Positions 1-12,400 of a stretch of DNA of 64,000 nucleotides are shown here, piece by piece; position 1 is the stretch's first letter, and each line of letters begins with the position of its first letter. The position numbers and the translations under genes were made by a program. The notes under the pieces are model-generated. The model saw only the letters and a program-made list of their open reading frames with translations. It made no database searches and was not told where the DNA came from. Source of the stretch: Tubulanus polymorphus (lineage: Eukaryota; Animalia; Nemertea); assembly GCF_964204645.1 (NCBI RefSeq), contig NC_134026.1, positions 2,255,950 through 2,319,949 on the forward strand. Direction: 5' to 3'.

Positions 1-1139
1 AAATCTTTAAATGGATGACCGGAGTTAGATTCTGTGTAGCACTTGATGTTGTTCAGTTTACATGGGAGAACTCTCAGTTTTCACGGTTAGACTTGGTAAT
101 TCTCGTGTACTATTTGAAAGTCTACGTTCTAATGCCTCTTTTCATTTTATTCGAGACATTTTCAATATCATCCATGTAACGGTGGTTCTTTTGGCATTTC
201 ACAAAACTCTTTGGAGGATCTGAGTCGTTATATTTCTGATTCCACCTGGGTCCAGGTGATCGCTTAAACGTGATGATACTGTGTCTCTAGGAGTCCTATA
301 GATATAAATCCACCTGGTCCAGGTGATTACTCACTCAAACCTCTTCATATAATAATAAGGCAGTGTCTTCAGGCTGTATAGGCAATTGTCAGAGAAAATG
401 TAGCTCGGTTCATGTAAATATAAAGCTTATATCTACAGAAACTTGTATTACTAGACCTCGGGTTATCGTTTGTATAATCCGATTAAAATCAATTCAAATA
501 AAACTGAAGGTCTTTCTCATTTATGTCGGTATTAAAGACGTTCGACCAAACAAAAGTATTTTTAGTTGATTAAGACCACATATAAGTGGATGGATGTTCA
601 AGGGGTTTAGTGTTGGACCTGGTTATTTTCGACATAATCGCATTGAATGTATTTGTGTTGAACTCAAACTTTATCTTCTAGTTTAGTTTAAAAGTACAGA
701 AATGTGAATCTTAAGTCCATAACTTTCTGGAATTACGAAGAAGTATAGATTGACTTAGGCTATAGTTAAATACTAAAAGATTCATTTTTAGTTCGTTGGC
801 TATTTTCCCTTGAATATTTTTCAACTCAGTTTTTATTCTTATAACTCTCTGCCATTCAATTTTCTCATGTTTTTTCTTTGATCCATGAATCACTTGGTGA
901 ATTCTTCGCTAATGGCCGCGGAAAATGCACCATATTTCATCGTAAATGACAAAGAAGACAAAATTATAGGCTCGATTTTAGTGCATGCGTTGTCTTTGTC
1001 TTGTACAATGTTTTATGTTGACATCACCAGGCATTGTTCCCCCCATATGACTATACACCTCTGGGGTTGAATCATACCGTGTTTTCATAGTGTATACGCG
1101 TGAAAAATCTGTTTCAAGCTTGAAATATTTGCAGTTTTA

Positions 1140-1164
1140 ATATATATATATATATATATATATA
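1140..1164. repeat. (TA)n microsatellite
   Basis: Direct reading; further (TA)n tracts at 2641-2671 and ~15919-15939. Confidence 0.9.
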
Positions 1165-2637
1165 ATGAATTATGATAATAATGCACTGTTGTCTTCATGT
1201 GTACGGTGTGAATGTCTGCGATTTTAATTTTCATGTCTCGTTAATTCAAATTCACACTGATTTTGATGGTAGTTTTGTTTCCCGCGGTGAAAATTTTCCA
1301 TATTAGAAATCTTTAGAAGTAATTTCTGTTTCTGTTTCTGTTTCCCTCATTGTGTCCTCAATTTTCTGTCAATGCGGATGGAACGAACACATATTTGTTG
1401 TGGGAGTTTAATTTCCAATCTGCAATCTTGATTTTCCTTGGTCATTGTATGACTGGTAGTGGCCATTTTGCAGCTTTTTTTTCTAACTAGCTCAAATTGC
1501 TGGTAAACCTTTTTCATATCGCTGCAATGATGTTATAAAGATGGAAAGTAATCAGATTCCATGGAGACAATCTGTTAACCTCTAGAAAGGAGAGAGCTTC
1601 ACAATATGTGATCAAGCGTTTCGTCCTGCTCTCCACATGTGTTCACAGTAACAACTTATTATCAGAAGAGAGAGAAACTGCTGTCATCATCAACTCCGTT
1701 CTTCTTCAGAGCTTGGAGTAATCATTTGTCAAATGATTACTCCAAGTTCAGCGCTTTCCGGATCGACACGATGTACCAACAAATTCATCGTGGTGCACAT
1801 ATGATTGAGATTGCCGGGCAGCTCCTGCTGGTAGCTAGCTCATTATTCACGTTGGGACAGTATTTAACTGTAGTACTTACATAATATTAGATACTGTGTT
1901 AGTGCATGGACATATAAACTAGATTTATACGTCCATGGTTAGTGGTAGATAGATTTTTTTCAGTACCGTACTTGGGCGTGATGAGTGGAAATATAAACCC
2001 GCATCGTTCTAATAGTTGAAATAACTGATTTCAACAAGCAATCAACTACCTACAATCATTAGTAATATATACTAATTAGTTTGTATGCGTTGTATTGCTA
2101 TTGTCTGTGGTGAATATGCGAAAACCCGATAAGTTCTTGTTTCTAATGTTTTAACGATAGAATTTTTACGTAATGCGGTATGTAAACCACTCGGCGTAGA
2201 TTGGATACAATAAGAAAAGCGATAAATCGTAAATAATTTTCCATTATTCACTCGTTGTTAAATCATATAATTACAAATGAATTCTTTTATGAAAAAAAAT
2301 CTATGACACATCACTATCACACTGATCACAGCTCTCCATATTTTTGGTTGAAAAAAACATCTGCCTCGATAGAGTAAAGTATTTTTAACGATCAATGAAT
2401 TATATACTCAACCACCTGTTGGTGGTGTATGTAATTTGTAAGATATATCTGACATGGTTGCTTCGTTATCAATGTCAAGAATCTGCAAAAATAGTGTTCA
2501 ATGGATTGATGTTTAAAAATTCAATTCCCTGTTGAAGTTGAATTGAAGTATCACTGGAAATTTTTTTCTGCAATATAACAATATAAACAGCTGGTTTCAT
2601 AGAACCATCATCGAAACCAATTTAGGTATATATAGGA

Positions 2638-2640
<3 letters not shown>

Positions 2641-2671
<31 letters not shown>
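2641..2671. repeat. (TA)n microsatellite
   Basis: Direct reading. Confidence 0.9.
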
Positions 2672-2673
<2 letters not shown>

Positions 2674-3401
2674 CTAGATGCAGCAAGCAGTGTTTGTAAG
2701 CCTTTTTTAACTATGTTTGATTTGAATTGCTGGTGTTGCGATGATAGGAATATTAATTCCAGCTAACCGGATCGAAACCCCCAGCAAAAATAACTTCGTG
2801 TTTACCGAATGCATTAGACGTAATGTACATATTACAATCTGCGCCGAAAGCGATGTTTTAGTCGTGCGACATTTTTTTTGTTTGGATATTTAATAGCCTC
2901 ACTTCACCCCGAGGTGATGCACTATTATTCTTTTCCCTGCATATATACGTATATAAAGCCTTCTCATGAAAGCATGAATAAGGGTGAAATTCACTTTTAC
3001 TTAGAACTCGATCTGAGCGCATTTAATGAAATGCCTGCTTTTCTGTGAAGCATAAGGACTATGAGATGCCGTTTTCACTGACCCCCAAAAAGTGCTGGTG
3101 AACCTTTTTCTTAATGAAAGAGGCGCGATATAAATTTACGGATTATTATTGTTGTTATTAAGAACTACGTAAAATTTTCATATTTTCTGTATTCAATAAA
3201 TATGGAATGCAGGTAGAATTCCCTCAGGGAAAATTTGGGGGGGGGGGATTTCACCGAGGGGGGATATTTTCCTGTTATCACTACAATGAACTGTGATTGG
3301 CAATCCTGCATCTGTATCTCTTGTTTGGATGTAGAGTGACTTGTAGTAAGTCCATCTTCATGTTTAGTGACTATAACGAATAAATGATTGTATATTTTCA
3401 G

Positions 3402-6400
3402 GCTCATTATCGTCAGGGAATCGCTCTACAATGTCTCGGGCAACACGCCGATGCGTTGGCTGCGTTCGCGACCGGGCTCGCTCAGGACCCGAAGAGTTCG
3501 CAGTCTCTCGGTGGAATGGTCGACGCCGCCCTCAAGTCACCGCTCAAAGGTACAACTCACTCCCCTGTAATCTAAATGTTAAAAAAATCTATTTAATCAG
3601 CATCTGTTCTTCAAAACATCAATATTGAATATTGATAGATAAGCAATATCTATACAAATCTTTGATATTTTTGTCACTTCACGTTTAGTTTTTTTCTATA
3701 CCTCCTGGTACTGAATGGCTGCTATGGTAACACATCTGCTGGTTTTTCGATAACAATTATTGTAGTCAATATCTAAATAAAACCACTCAAAAATAACTCA
3801 TAGCAGAAATCAGAATAAAGCATTCGATACATATTTATTGACGTGAAGACTACAGCTTACACTACACACATGTGCAACATTTAACTATATATCATGGTCC
3901 CTATGACTCCTTGATTCCTTGAGCATAAATAATGCGGTCGACTCTCTATTTTTTTCAGAGCGATTTGGGCCGATATACGACCAGCTTCAGAAGATGAAAT
4001 TAGACAAAAGTCCTTTTGTAATCATTTCTGTGATTGGCCAGGAAATGTTGCCGTACGGATTCTTCGCGGCGTCAGTGGTCATCCTCGAGGCTGCTTTACG
4101 TATCGGTACTTGCAGTCTGAAACTGAAAGGCTCGGTGTTTTCTGCGTTGAGCAGCGCGCACTGGGGTCTGGGCAGCATCGACAAGGCTATCGCGTACATG
4201 CACCAGGATTTAGGAGTTGCTAAATCATTAGGTAAATATATGGGCCTTCTATAATTGATTACTGCATATTTCAGCCAATAAGCCTAATAAGTCAAGGCTC
4301 TTCATCAGACGGTAAAATTAACTGATTACTCAATTAGTTTGTTTTAATTGATGATGTAAGTACAGTTATTAGAGGCCCAGTTTCGAAGATTGGGTATCAA
4401 AGTTACCCATAGGAGTGAATTCTCAACCTGGGTGAAAACCATCATAGTAACAATAAGACACCATTGTTAACAACTGACACATTTCAAAATGTTCGCAGGG
4501 ATTATCTTGCCCCCACATGTAGCCTATAAAGTTTGTAATGAGGTAAATACAATCTGTAATGTGGGAATCTGAAAAAAGCTTATTTGTTATCATCCTGGTC
4601 CCCCCTGAATTCACTGAATATCATAAAACTGATTAAGATTTTAGAAAAAAAATGATCTCCAAATGCTATTTATTCACACGTGGCCTATCACTGTGTCAAC
4701 CACTTCGTTCCAATATCGATAATATCTTATTGTTTTTATAACAATCAAACGTGTTGAATTACTTTTATCATATATCAATACAGATCTATGTGATTAGTAT
4801 GTTGATAAAACCATTACCGCGAACAATGCACTTATAGTTTATAAATAAGATAAAAGAAACGTAATCTCGATATCGTATTGTATTAGCAATTTGTCGGCGT
4901 ATGTAACTGGTTTAGTTATGAAATAAATCAGTCATTCGCGTGAAACGATCTGCTGAAAACGTTAACAATCGAATGATATTCCGCGATCTATTTTACAGGT
5001 GATCAGCTGGGGGAATGTAGAGCTCACGGTAATCTCGGCGCCGCGCATTTCTCGAAGGGCAACTATAAAGAAGCGTTAACTCATCACCGGTTTCAGTTGA
5101 TATTGGCGATGAAACAGTTGAAAGATCACCAGACGGCGGCGTCTGCGTTGAGTAGTCTCGGTCACGTGTATACGGCAGTCGGCGATTACCCGAACGCGTT
5201 GGCTTGTCATAAACAGTGCGTTTTACTCGTGAAACGAAGCAATAATAAACTGACGGAAGCTCGAGAGATCGGAAACGTCGGCGCCGTTTATCTAGCGATG
5301 GGCGATTTCGATAACGCGGTCGAGTGTCACAACGAACATTTAAAACTAGCGAAACAACTGAAAGATAAGTCGGAAGAGGCGCGGGCGTACAGTAACCTCG
5401 GCAGCGCGCATCACTATAAACGTAACTTCGACAAAGCGATCGCGTTTCATAATCAAGTGTTGAGCATCGCCGAGGATTTACGCGAGAAAACGTTGGAGGC
5501 TCGCGCGTACGCCGGGTTAGGTCACGCGGCGCGGTGTATGAACGATTTCACGCGCGCCAAGCATTACCACGAGAAACAGCTCGACAACGCGCTGCACACG
5601 AAGGATAAAGTCGCCGAGGGTCGCGCGTGTTCGAATCTCGGGATTATTTACCAGAATCTGAACGAATACGACGCCGCCATCAAACTGCATAAAGCGCATT
5701 TGAAAACGGCGAAAGATTTACAAGATCAAGCGAGTATGGGGCGGGCGTACGGCAACATCGGTAACGGTTACAGCGCGTTAGGACAGTACGATCTCGCTGT
5801 GAAATATCATAAACAGGAGCTGGCGATCTCGAAAGAAGTGAACGATCGCCACTCGGAGGCGTCGACTCACGGAAATCTAGCCGTCGCGTATCAGGCTTTG
5901 AACATGCACGAAAAAGCCGTACACCATTACAACGCGCATCTGACGATCGCGCAAGAACTGAAAGATACGTCGAGCGAAGCGCGAGCGTTGAGCAATCTCG
6001 GTAATTATCACAGCGCGCGCGGCGAGTTCGTGCAGGCTATACCGTTTTACGAGCAATATTTAATACTGTCGCAAGAATTACATAATATGGAAGCCGAGGG
6101 GAAGGCGTGTCATAAACTCGGATACGCGCATTATTCGTTGGGGAACTCGCGAGAAGCGATTCGCTACTACGAGCAAGATCTGGCTCTCGCGAAAGACTTA
6201 CAAGATAAAGGCAGTCAGGGACGCGCGTACTGTAATCTAGGGTTGGCGTATAAAGCTATGGGTTACTACCCGGAGGCGTTGGACGCGCAGAAGAAGTTTC
6301 TGAATTTGACCGTTGCGATGAAAAACGTGTCGGGAATATTCCGCGCGCTCGGAAATATGGGCGATATTTACATAAAAATGGGCGACACGAACGAGGCGAT

Positions 6401-9400
6401 TAATATGTATAAGAAACAGCTGGATCTGGCGAGGCAAGCGAAAGATCGGCATTTGGAGGCGACGGCTTGCGGCGCGTTGGGTGCGGCTCATCGTATGACC
6501 GGTCAGCACGATATCGCTCTCGGGAAACACAACGAAGAGTTGACGATACGTCAGGAAATATCCGATATCCGAGGAGAATGTAAAGCGTTGGGTAATTTAG
6601 GAAACGTGCACGTCGCTTTGGGCAATTATTCGCACGCGTTCAAGAACTACGAAGAACAGTTGGCGCGAGCTCGCGATTTACAGGATAGCACGCTGGAATC
6701 GCAGGCGTGCGGAAATCTAGGCATCACGAAAATGAACATGGGACATTTCGAAGACGCGATCGGTTATTTCGAGCAGCAGTTAGCGATGCTCGCGCAGGCG
6801 ATCAGCCCGAACGTTTTATACGACGAAGGCCGCGCGTTCGGTAATTTGGGAGATTGCTACGAAGCGTTGGGCGATTACGAGGAGTCCGTCAAGTGTCACG
6901 ATCAGTTTTTGACGATTTCGCAGAAAGTCAGCAATATTCCCGGTCAAGAACGCGCGTATCGCGGCCTCGGTAACGCTCATCGCGCACTCGGAAATTTACA
7001 ACAGGCGTTAGTTTGTTTCGAGAAACGGCTCGTCGTCGCGCATGAACTGGACGATGACGTGGCGAAGGCGTCGGCGTACGGCGAGCTAGGATGCTTGCAT
7101 AGTTTGCTCGGTAATTACGAACAGGCAATATCGTGTTTGGAACATCAAATGAACATATCACGCGGTATCGAAGATAAGATAATGGAAGGCGACGCGACTT
7201 GCGGTCTCGGCGGCGTTTACCATCAAATGGGAGAATTTGAATCGGCGCTGAAATATCATCAGCTGGATTTGCAAATTGCTGAACAGAGCAAAAACAGGGC
7301 TTGTCAATGTAAGCTACTTGTGTTAATACCACTCGTGTCGGTATCACTCACACGGCTTAGTTATCACTAATTCATATCTATTTCACAAACGTGATATTTA
7401 ATACTGACGTCGGTTGATTTTTCAGGTCGAGCCTACGGTAATTTAGGGTTGTCGTACGAATCGTTGGGTGATTTTAAAAACGCAATAATGTATCAGGAAC
7501 AACACTTGAGTATCGCGGCTCAGATGAATGATCGCGTCGCTAAGACATTAGCGTACAGTAGCCTAGGTAATTACATTTCACTGATTACTGTGTCTCGTGG
7601 TTAATTATTTATCAATTTTCACGATGAGATTATTTCCACCACCTGTTTATTGCCGACTTCACTTTTTGATGTAAATATCTAACTTCGTTATTCGAGCAAG
7701 TTTGAATCGTCGTGGCGACTCTCGATGTGAAAATTTTGAGTTGAAACGTTTTAGTTACTAAATCAGGATCCTATGACTGAATCAAAGAGCTTCTGTAAAA
7801 TATGCGATTGAGATTATTCAAATGCATGTAAATGTATGAATTGATTATCAATCAACACAGTATGATGTTGTTATCCATTCATCCACAATTTCCACTTTTC
7901 CACGTATGTTTGTATCTATAAAGCATAGATTTAGTGTTTGAAGTACGCGTACTTTCCGTGCTCTCGTATATCTAGTGTAACCCCTCTTCGGCAGATGTTG
8001 TAAATACATCGAGTTGTTTGAACAGGAAAAATATATTTTGTGACAATTGATAATTGGTAACGCTACACTTAACTAATTCATCTTCTATCATATGTTCCCA
8101 TATGCTTATTTCGACTGACATTGGCCCTCTTGACCTAGATGTAATTCAAAACTTGATTTTAAAAAAGTCGATTCGTTATGATTAATTGGTCCACATGGAT
8201 GTGCCTCCCTATTGTGAGACAGCTAAAAGTACCACTAATCCTCTTATATTTGTGAATATATTTGCTTCAAGAAATGGGATAGTTCTCCATTTTTGGAGCA
8301 GTGTCCTCAGTTGGCATATTTCTGAATACCCGTATGTTTGCTAACTCTGAAATCACTGATCTGAAATGCTTGAAGTAAAGATTTTGCTTCACATTTTCAA
8401 CAGTTTTGTTCACACTCGAAGCACTGCATCTGCATATTGTGAATGATATCTATTGTCGCAAACATGTCCTTGATTTACACCAGCTTTCTAGAAGTGTCAT
8501 TCAATAATACGACCATTTATCGACTCGAGTTAAAACTTCCTCTCGATAACCTGTAAATATTAATGAGAGTAGATATTAGATACTTGTTGCAAGTTTTGCC
8601 CTGTAATCGGACAAGGTCATCATTTATATTCCATAGCATTATTGTCTAGTTCTGTTATGGTAAAGTACTAAAAGTTTATCGAAGCCCGATTCCTCACGAG
8701 CTCGCGGCATTATTTCCGCTTTCAGGACGCGTACATCACGCGATCGGTAATTACCAACAAGCCGTACAGTATCTACAACAAGGATTACAAATCGCTGAGC
8801 AACTAGGACGCAAAGAGGATGAGGCTAAAATACGTCATCGGCTCGGACTGGCGTTGTGGGCACATGGTGAACTGAATGAATCTCAACATCAACTTTACAA
8901 AGCCACGGAATTGTTTGAAATGATTCGTCGTGAAGCGCAAAGTGGCACCGATTATAAACTATCGTTGTTTGACCTTCAAACGGCTTCCTATCAAGCCTTA
9001 CAGGTAAGCATTACTTATTTTCACCAGAAATTCATGTGGAACATGCTCATGTAGTTTTTATAAGTAAATACTTAATATCAAGGGTCGAAATATGGAAAAT
9101 TATCAGCAAGATTCATTGAAATAACGAAGTTGGGATGACGAAACGCTGTTTTATCAAAATAGAAGCATTTTTGGAAACTATCTGTTACTGTTAGACTGGT
9201 CTCAGGTGCTATAATGAAGTTTCGCAACTATTTGAGTTATTAATCGTATTTTCAGAGAGTATTAGTAGCGCTAGGTCGACACGAAGAAGCGCTTGTAGTT
9301 GCGGAACGGGGTCGAACAAGAGCGTTTGTTGATTTGCTGATGGAACGACAGTCCGGTGATGGAACACCTGTAACTGATATTGATAACAGTCCGATTACTG

Positions 9401-12400
9401 TCGATCGTATTGTATCGATAGTGACTCGTCAGAAATCAGCGATACTGTACTATTCCCTAGCTGCTGGATATCTATACAGCTGGTTTATAACTCCTGACAA
9501 AGGTAGGTTAATATTATTATTACTACATTTAGGAATATTGCCATTTTTGGTGCCATATTCAGTATTAAGTTCAATGCGCACTGCACAGGGAAACACAGGA
9601 ACACAAAATGAAACATGTTTGATCTCGGAAACATTGTTTCCCAAAACCATGTTTCTCATTTCTCATAAATGCATACAACCAGGGAAACACTCGGAAACAT
9701 GTTTCCATCTCCTGTTTCTGTGTTTCCCTGCGTCGTGGGCATTGGGCTTAAGACCAAGGTATAACTAAATCAACATTCATCGGGACATTTAAACAACACT
9801 TGTCTAAGGTTCTTTCATTTGAAACTCCTTACTTTGTTATAAGTAATGTCAGTACTTTGTTATAAGTAATGTCAGTTCTGCGAGTTCATATGATTTGATT
9901 ACATTTCAGGTATCACAAAATTTCACGAGTGTAATTTGAGTGAATTAGAAGTTGCAGGTTCCGATAACTCCGATACTCACAGTATAGGCACTACATCCTT
10001 ACTAGATCAATATGTCGGGCATATTCGTGAATCGCTGGGTGTCGATCAAAACATTACCAGGTACGACTTATGTCTATTTATTAATTGATAAAAGACTCGT
10101 TTTTCTGCGATATTTTGCTCAATTTTGAGGGTACATACCTCATTTAGGTCTAAATATGCCCCAAAAATAGCGGACTTTGAGTGAATATTCGATATTATAC
10201 CCGTTCCATACTGATTTCAAGGATTGATCCAAGCATGGCAGAAAAACAAGTCTCATCGCATAAATAAATGGACTATAGCCATTTGAACGAAAGATTAAAA
10301 TTTCATTCAGTTGCTTCAATATCATTTGAAACCGTTATATTTCTAGGCTCCCGATTGGTCGACCGTCGACTGTAAGCGAGTCGGACAGCGAATCGGACGA
10401 GATGTGGCAGCAGCACATGGAGGAAATCGGCGGCCGATTAAACGCGGAGAACGACCGTACCGGTTTCCTGAGGATGGTCAATCGTAATCATCCGTTCAAC
10501 TCGAGTAGTTATAGTTTAAGCAGTATTGTCAGTTTCAGTAGTAATATCAGCGGAATGACGAACGGTTCGAAAGGAAGCAACGTACGACGAGTCCGAACGA
10601 ATAACTCCGGTCGCGCTCCGATCGGAGCATTGTATAAATTACTGATCTCACCGATGGAGGACGTTCTGACGGCTTATAAAAACACGTCATCCGGATTCCG
10701 CGAATTAGTGCTCGTTCTGCAGGGTGATTTATATCTGGTACCGTTCGCCGTGTTACGCGGATCGCAGGCCAGTCAGTGTTTATACGAACGTTTCGATCTG
10801 ATCGCAGCTCCTTCCATACATTCCATACAAACTAGTCAGGCGTCGGTGAAACCGTCGAAGATCTATCCGTCATCGACGGGGGCGCTGGTCGTCGGCAACG
10901 GGCGTTTACCGGCCAATATCGTCGAACAATATCAGTGGAAGCCGCTGCCCGGTGCTGAACTAGAGGCCAAACTCGTCGCTGAAATGCAGGGTACGAAAGC
11001 GTTGACCGGCGCTCACGCTACGAAAGAAGCCGTCATGCGTCAGATGCCGAACACGGAAGTGATTCATTTCGCGACGCATATTACGTGGAAATTATCGGCG
11101 ATTGTTTTGTCGCCGATTGATCCGAAAAGTATGAAACACGAACCGTTGCAGTCGGGTCGGTCCGGTCAGCTAGAATCGTTAGATATTAATGATTCGAGTA
11201 ATTTCGACGGACCGGCGCTTAGCGATTTCCTACTCACCGCCGCCGATATACTCAATATAAAGCTACACTCGAAACTGGTTGTTTTGAGTTCCGGTCACAC
11301 GGTCGATCGCGCCGGACGAATCAATGCAGACGGCGTTATCGGATTAACGCGCGCTCTACTCGCGGCCGGTACGCAGTGCGTGCTGTTCTCATTGTGGCCC
11401 GTGCCAGAACAAGCGTCTCGAGTATTCATGAAGGCTTTCTATACGACTATGCTACAAGGATGTAAGACGAGCCGTGCTCTCAGCGACGGAATGAAAGCTG
11501 TACAGTTAACTAATCAGTATTCTCATCCGTCGAACTGGGCGGGATGGATGGCTTTAGGAAGCGATGTGAAACTGAACAGTAAGGTCGCTCTGATGGGTCA
11601 CGCTCTATTTGAGCTCGTACAATCTCCATCCACAAAATGTCGCGAGGCGATGAGAGTCCTGCTTCATCTGGTACGTTCAACACGCAGATCTGAAAATAGC
11701 TGTTATTTTATTGATGAAAACCCCACGATTACTTAGAAAAACTAAGAGATGAATTTTTAACTCTATTGCCATTAGCTATTTTATGAATTTTTTCTCTGCC
11801 AAAACCAGTTTTGAAAATTGTTCATAGCAATAGAATCGATACGTTAATCCTCTCTGAGTTTTTCTTAAAAATTGTGTTTTTCTTCAATTAGATAACAGAC
11901 AGGCACTTCTCTAACGAGACCAACTATTCGAGTTTGTATAGATTCAGCGTTAGAAATTAATTTCAATTTCATCATCACATTTTTTCGCAGATTGAAAAGT
12001 CACTTCAGAGAATTCAACGCGGTCAACGCAACGCGATGTACACAACACAGCAGAGTATCGAGAATAAAGTAGGAAATATTCCCGGTTGGAAAGATTTATT
12101 GATGTCGGTCGGATTCAGATTCGAACCGTCTGCTAATAATCTTCCACCCGCCGTGTTCTTCCCTCAAACCGATCCCGGGGATCGTTTATCGCAGTGCAGC
12201 GCCAGTCTACAAGCTCTCCTCGGTAAATAGCTCTCCGGTTAAACTACTCGACTGTTCAGCTAGTTGTATGTAGCCGTCACTATTCTGAAATGTTATATAT
12301 GTTATTTGTATGTTATGTTTTTCAGGTTTATCGCAGACAACGATAGCAGCTATATCTAAACTGTTACCACATCACGAAGCTGGTGAACCTATCATTACTT

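Noticed and set aside
1978-2030. Possible C/D box snoRNA (GTGATGA...CTGA) in a TTC28 intron
   Set aside because: Only ~53 nt, no convincing terminal stem or recognisable rRNA guide.
3215-3275. G-rich tract with G-quadruplex potential
   Set aside because: Looks like a fragment of a common G-run repeat; no further support.
4262-4312. Hammerhead-like core on - strand (CTGATGAAGAGCC...GGCTGAAA)
   Set aside because: Stem II is irregular and I could not form stems I and III or a cleavage triplet; an Infernal search would be needed to revive it.
4999-11670. TPR array + CHAT resembling bacterial TPR-CHAT defence/Craspase-type proteins
   Set aside because: Spliceosomal introns and TTC28-specific motifs show it is the ordinary animal gene, not a horizontally acquired system.
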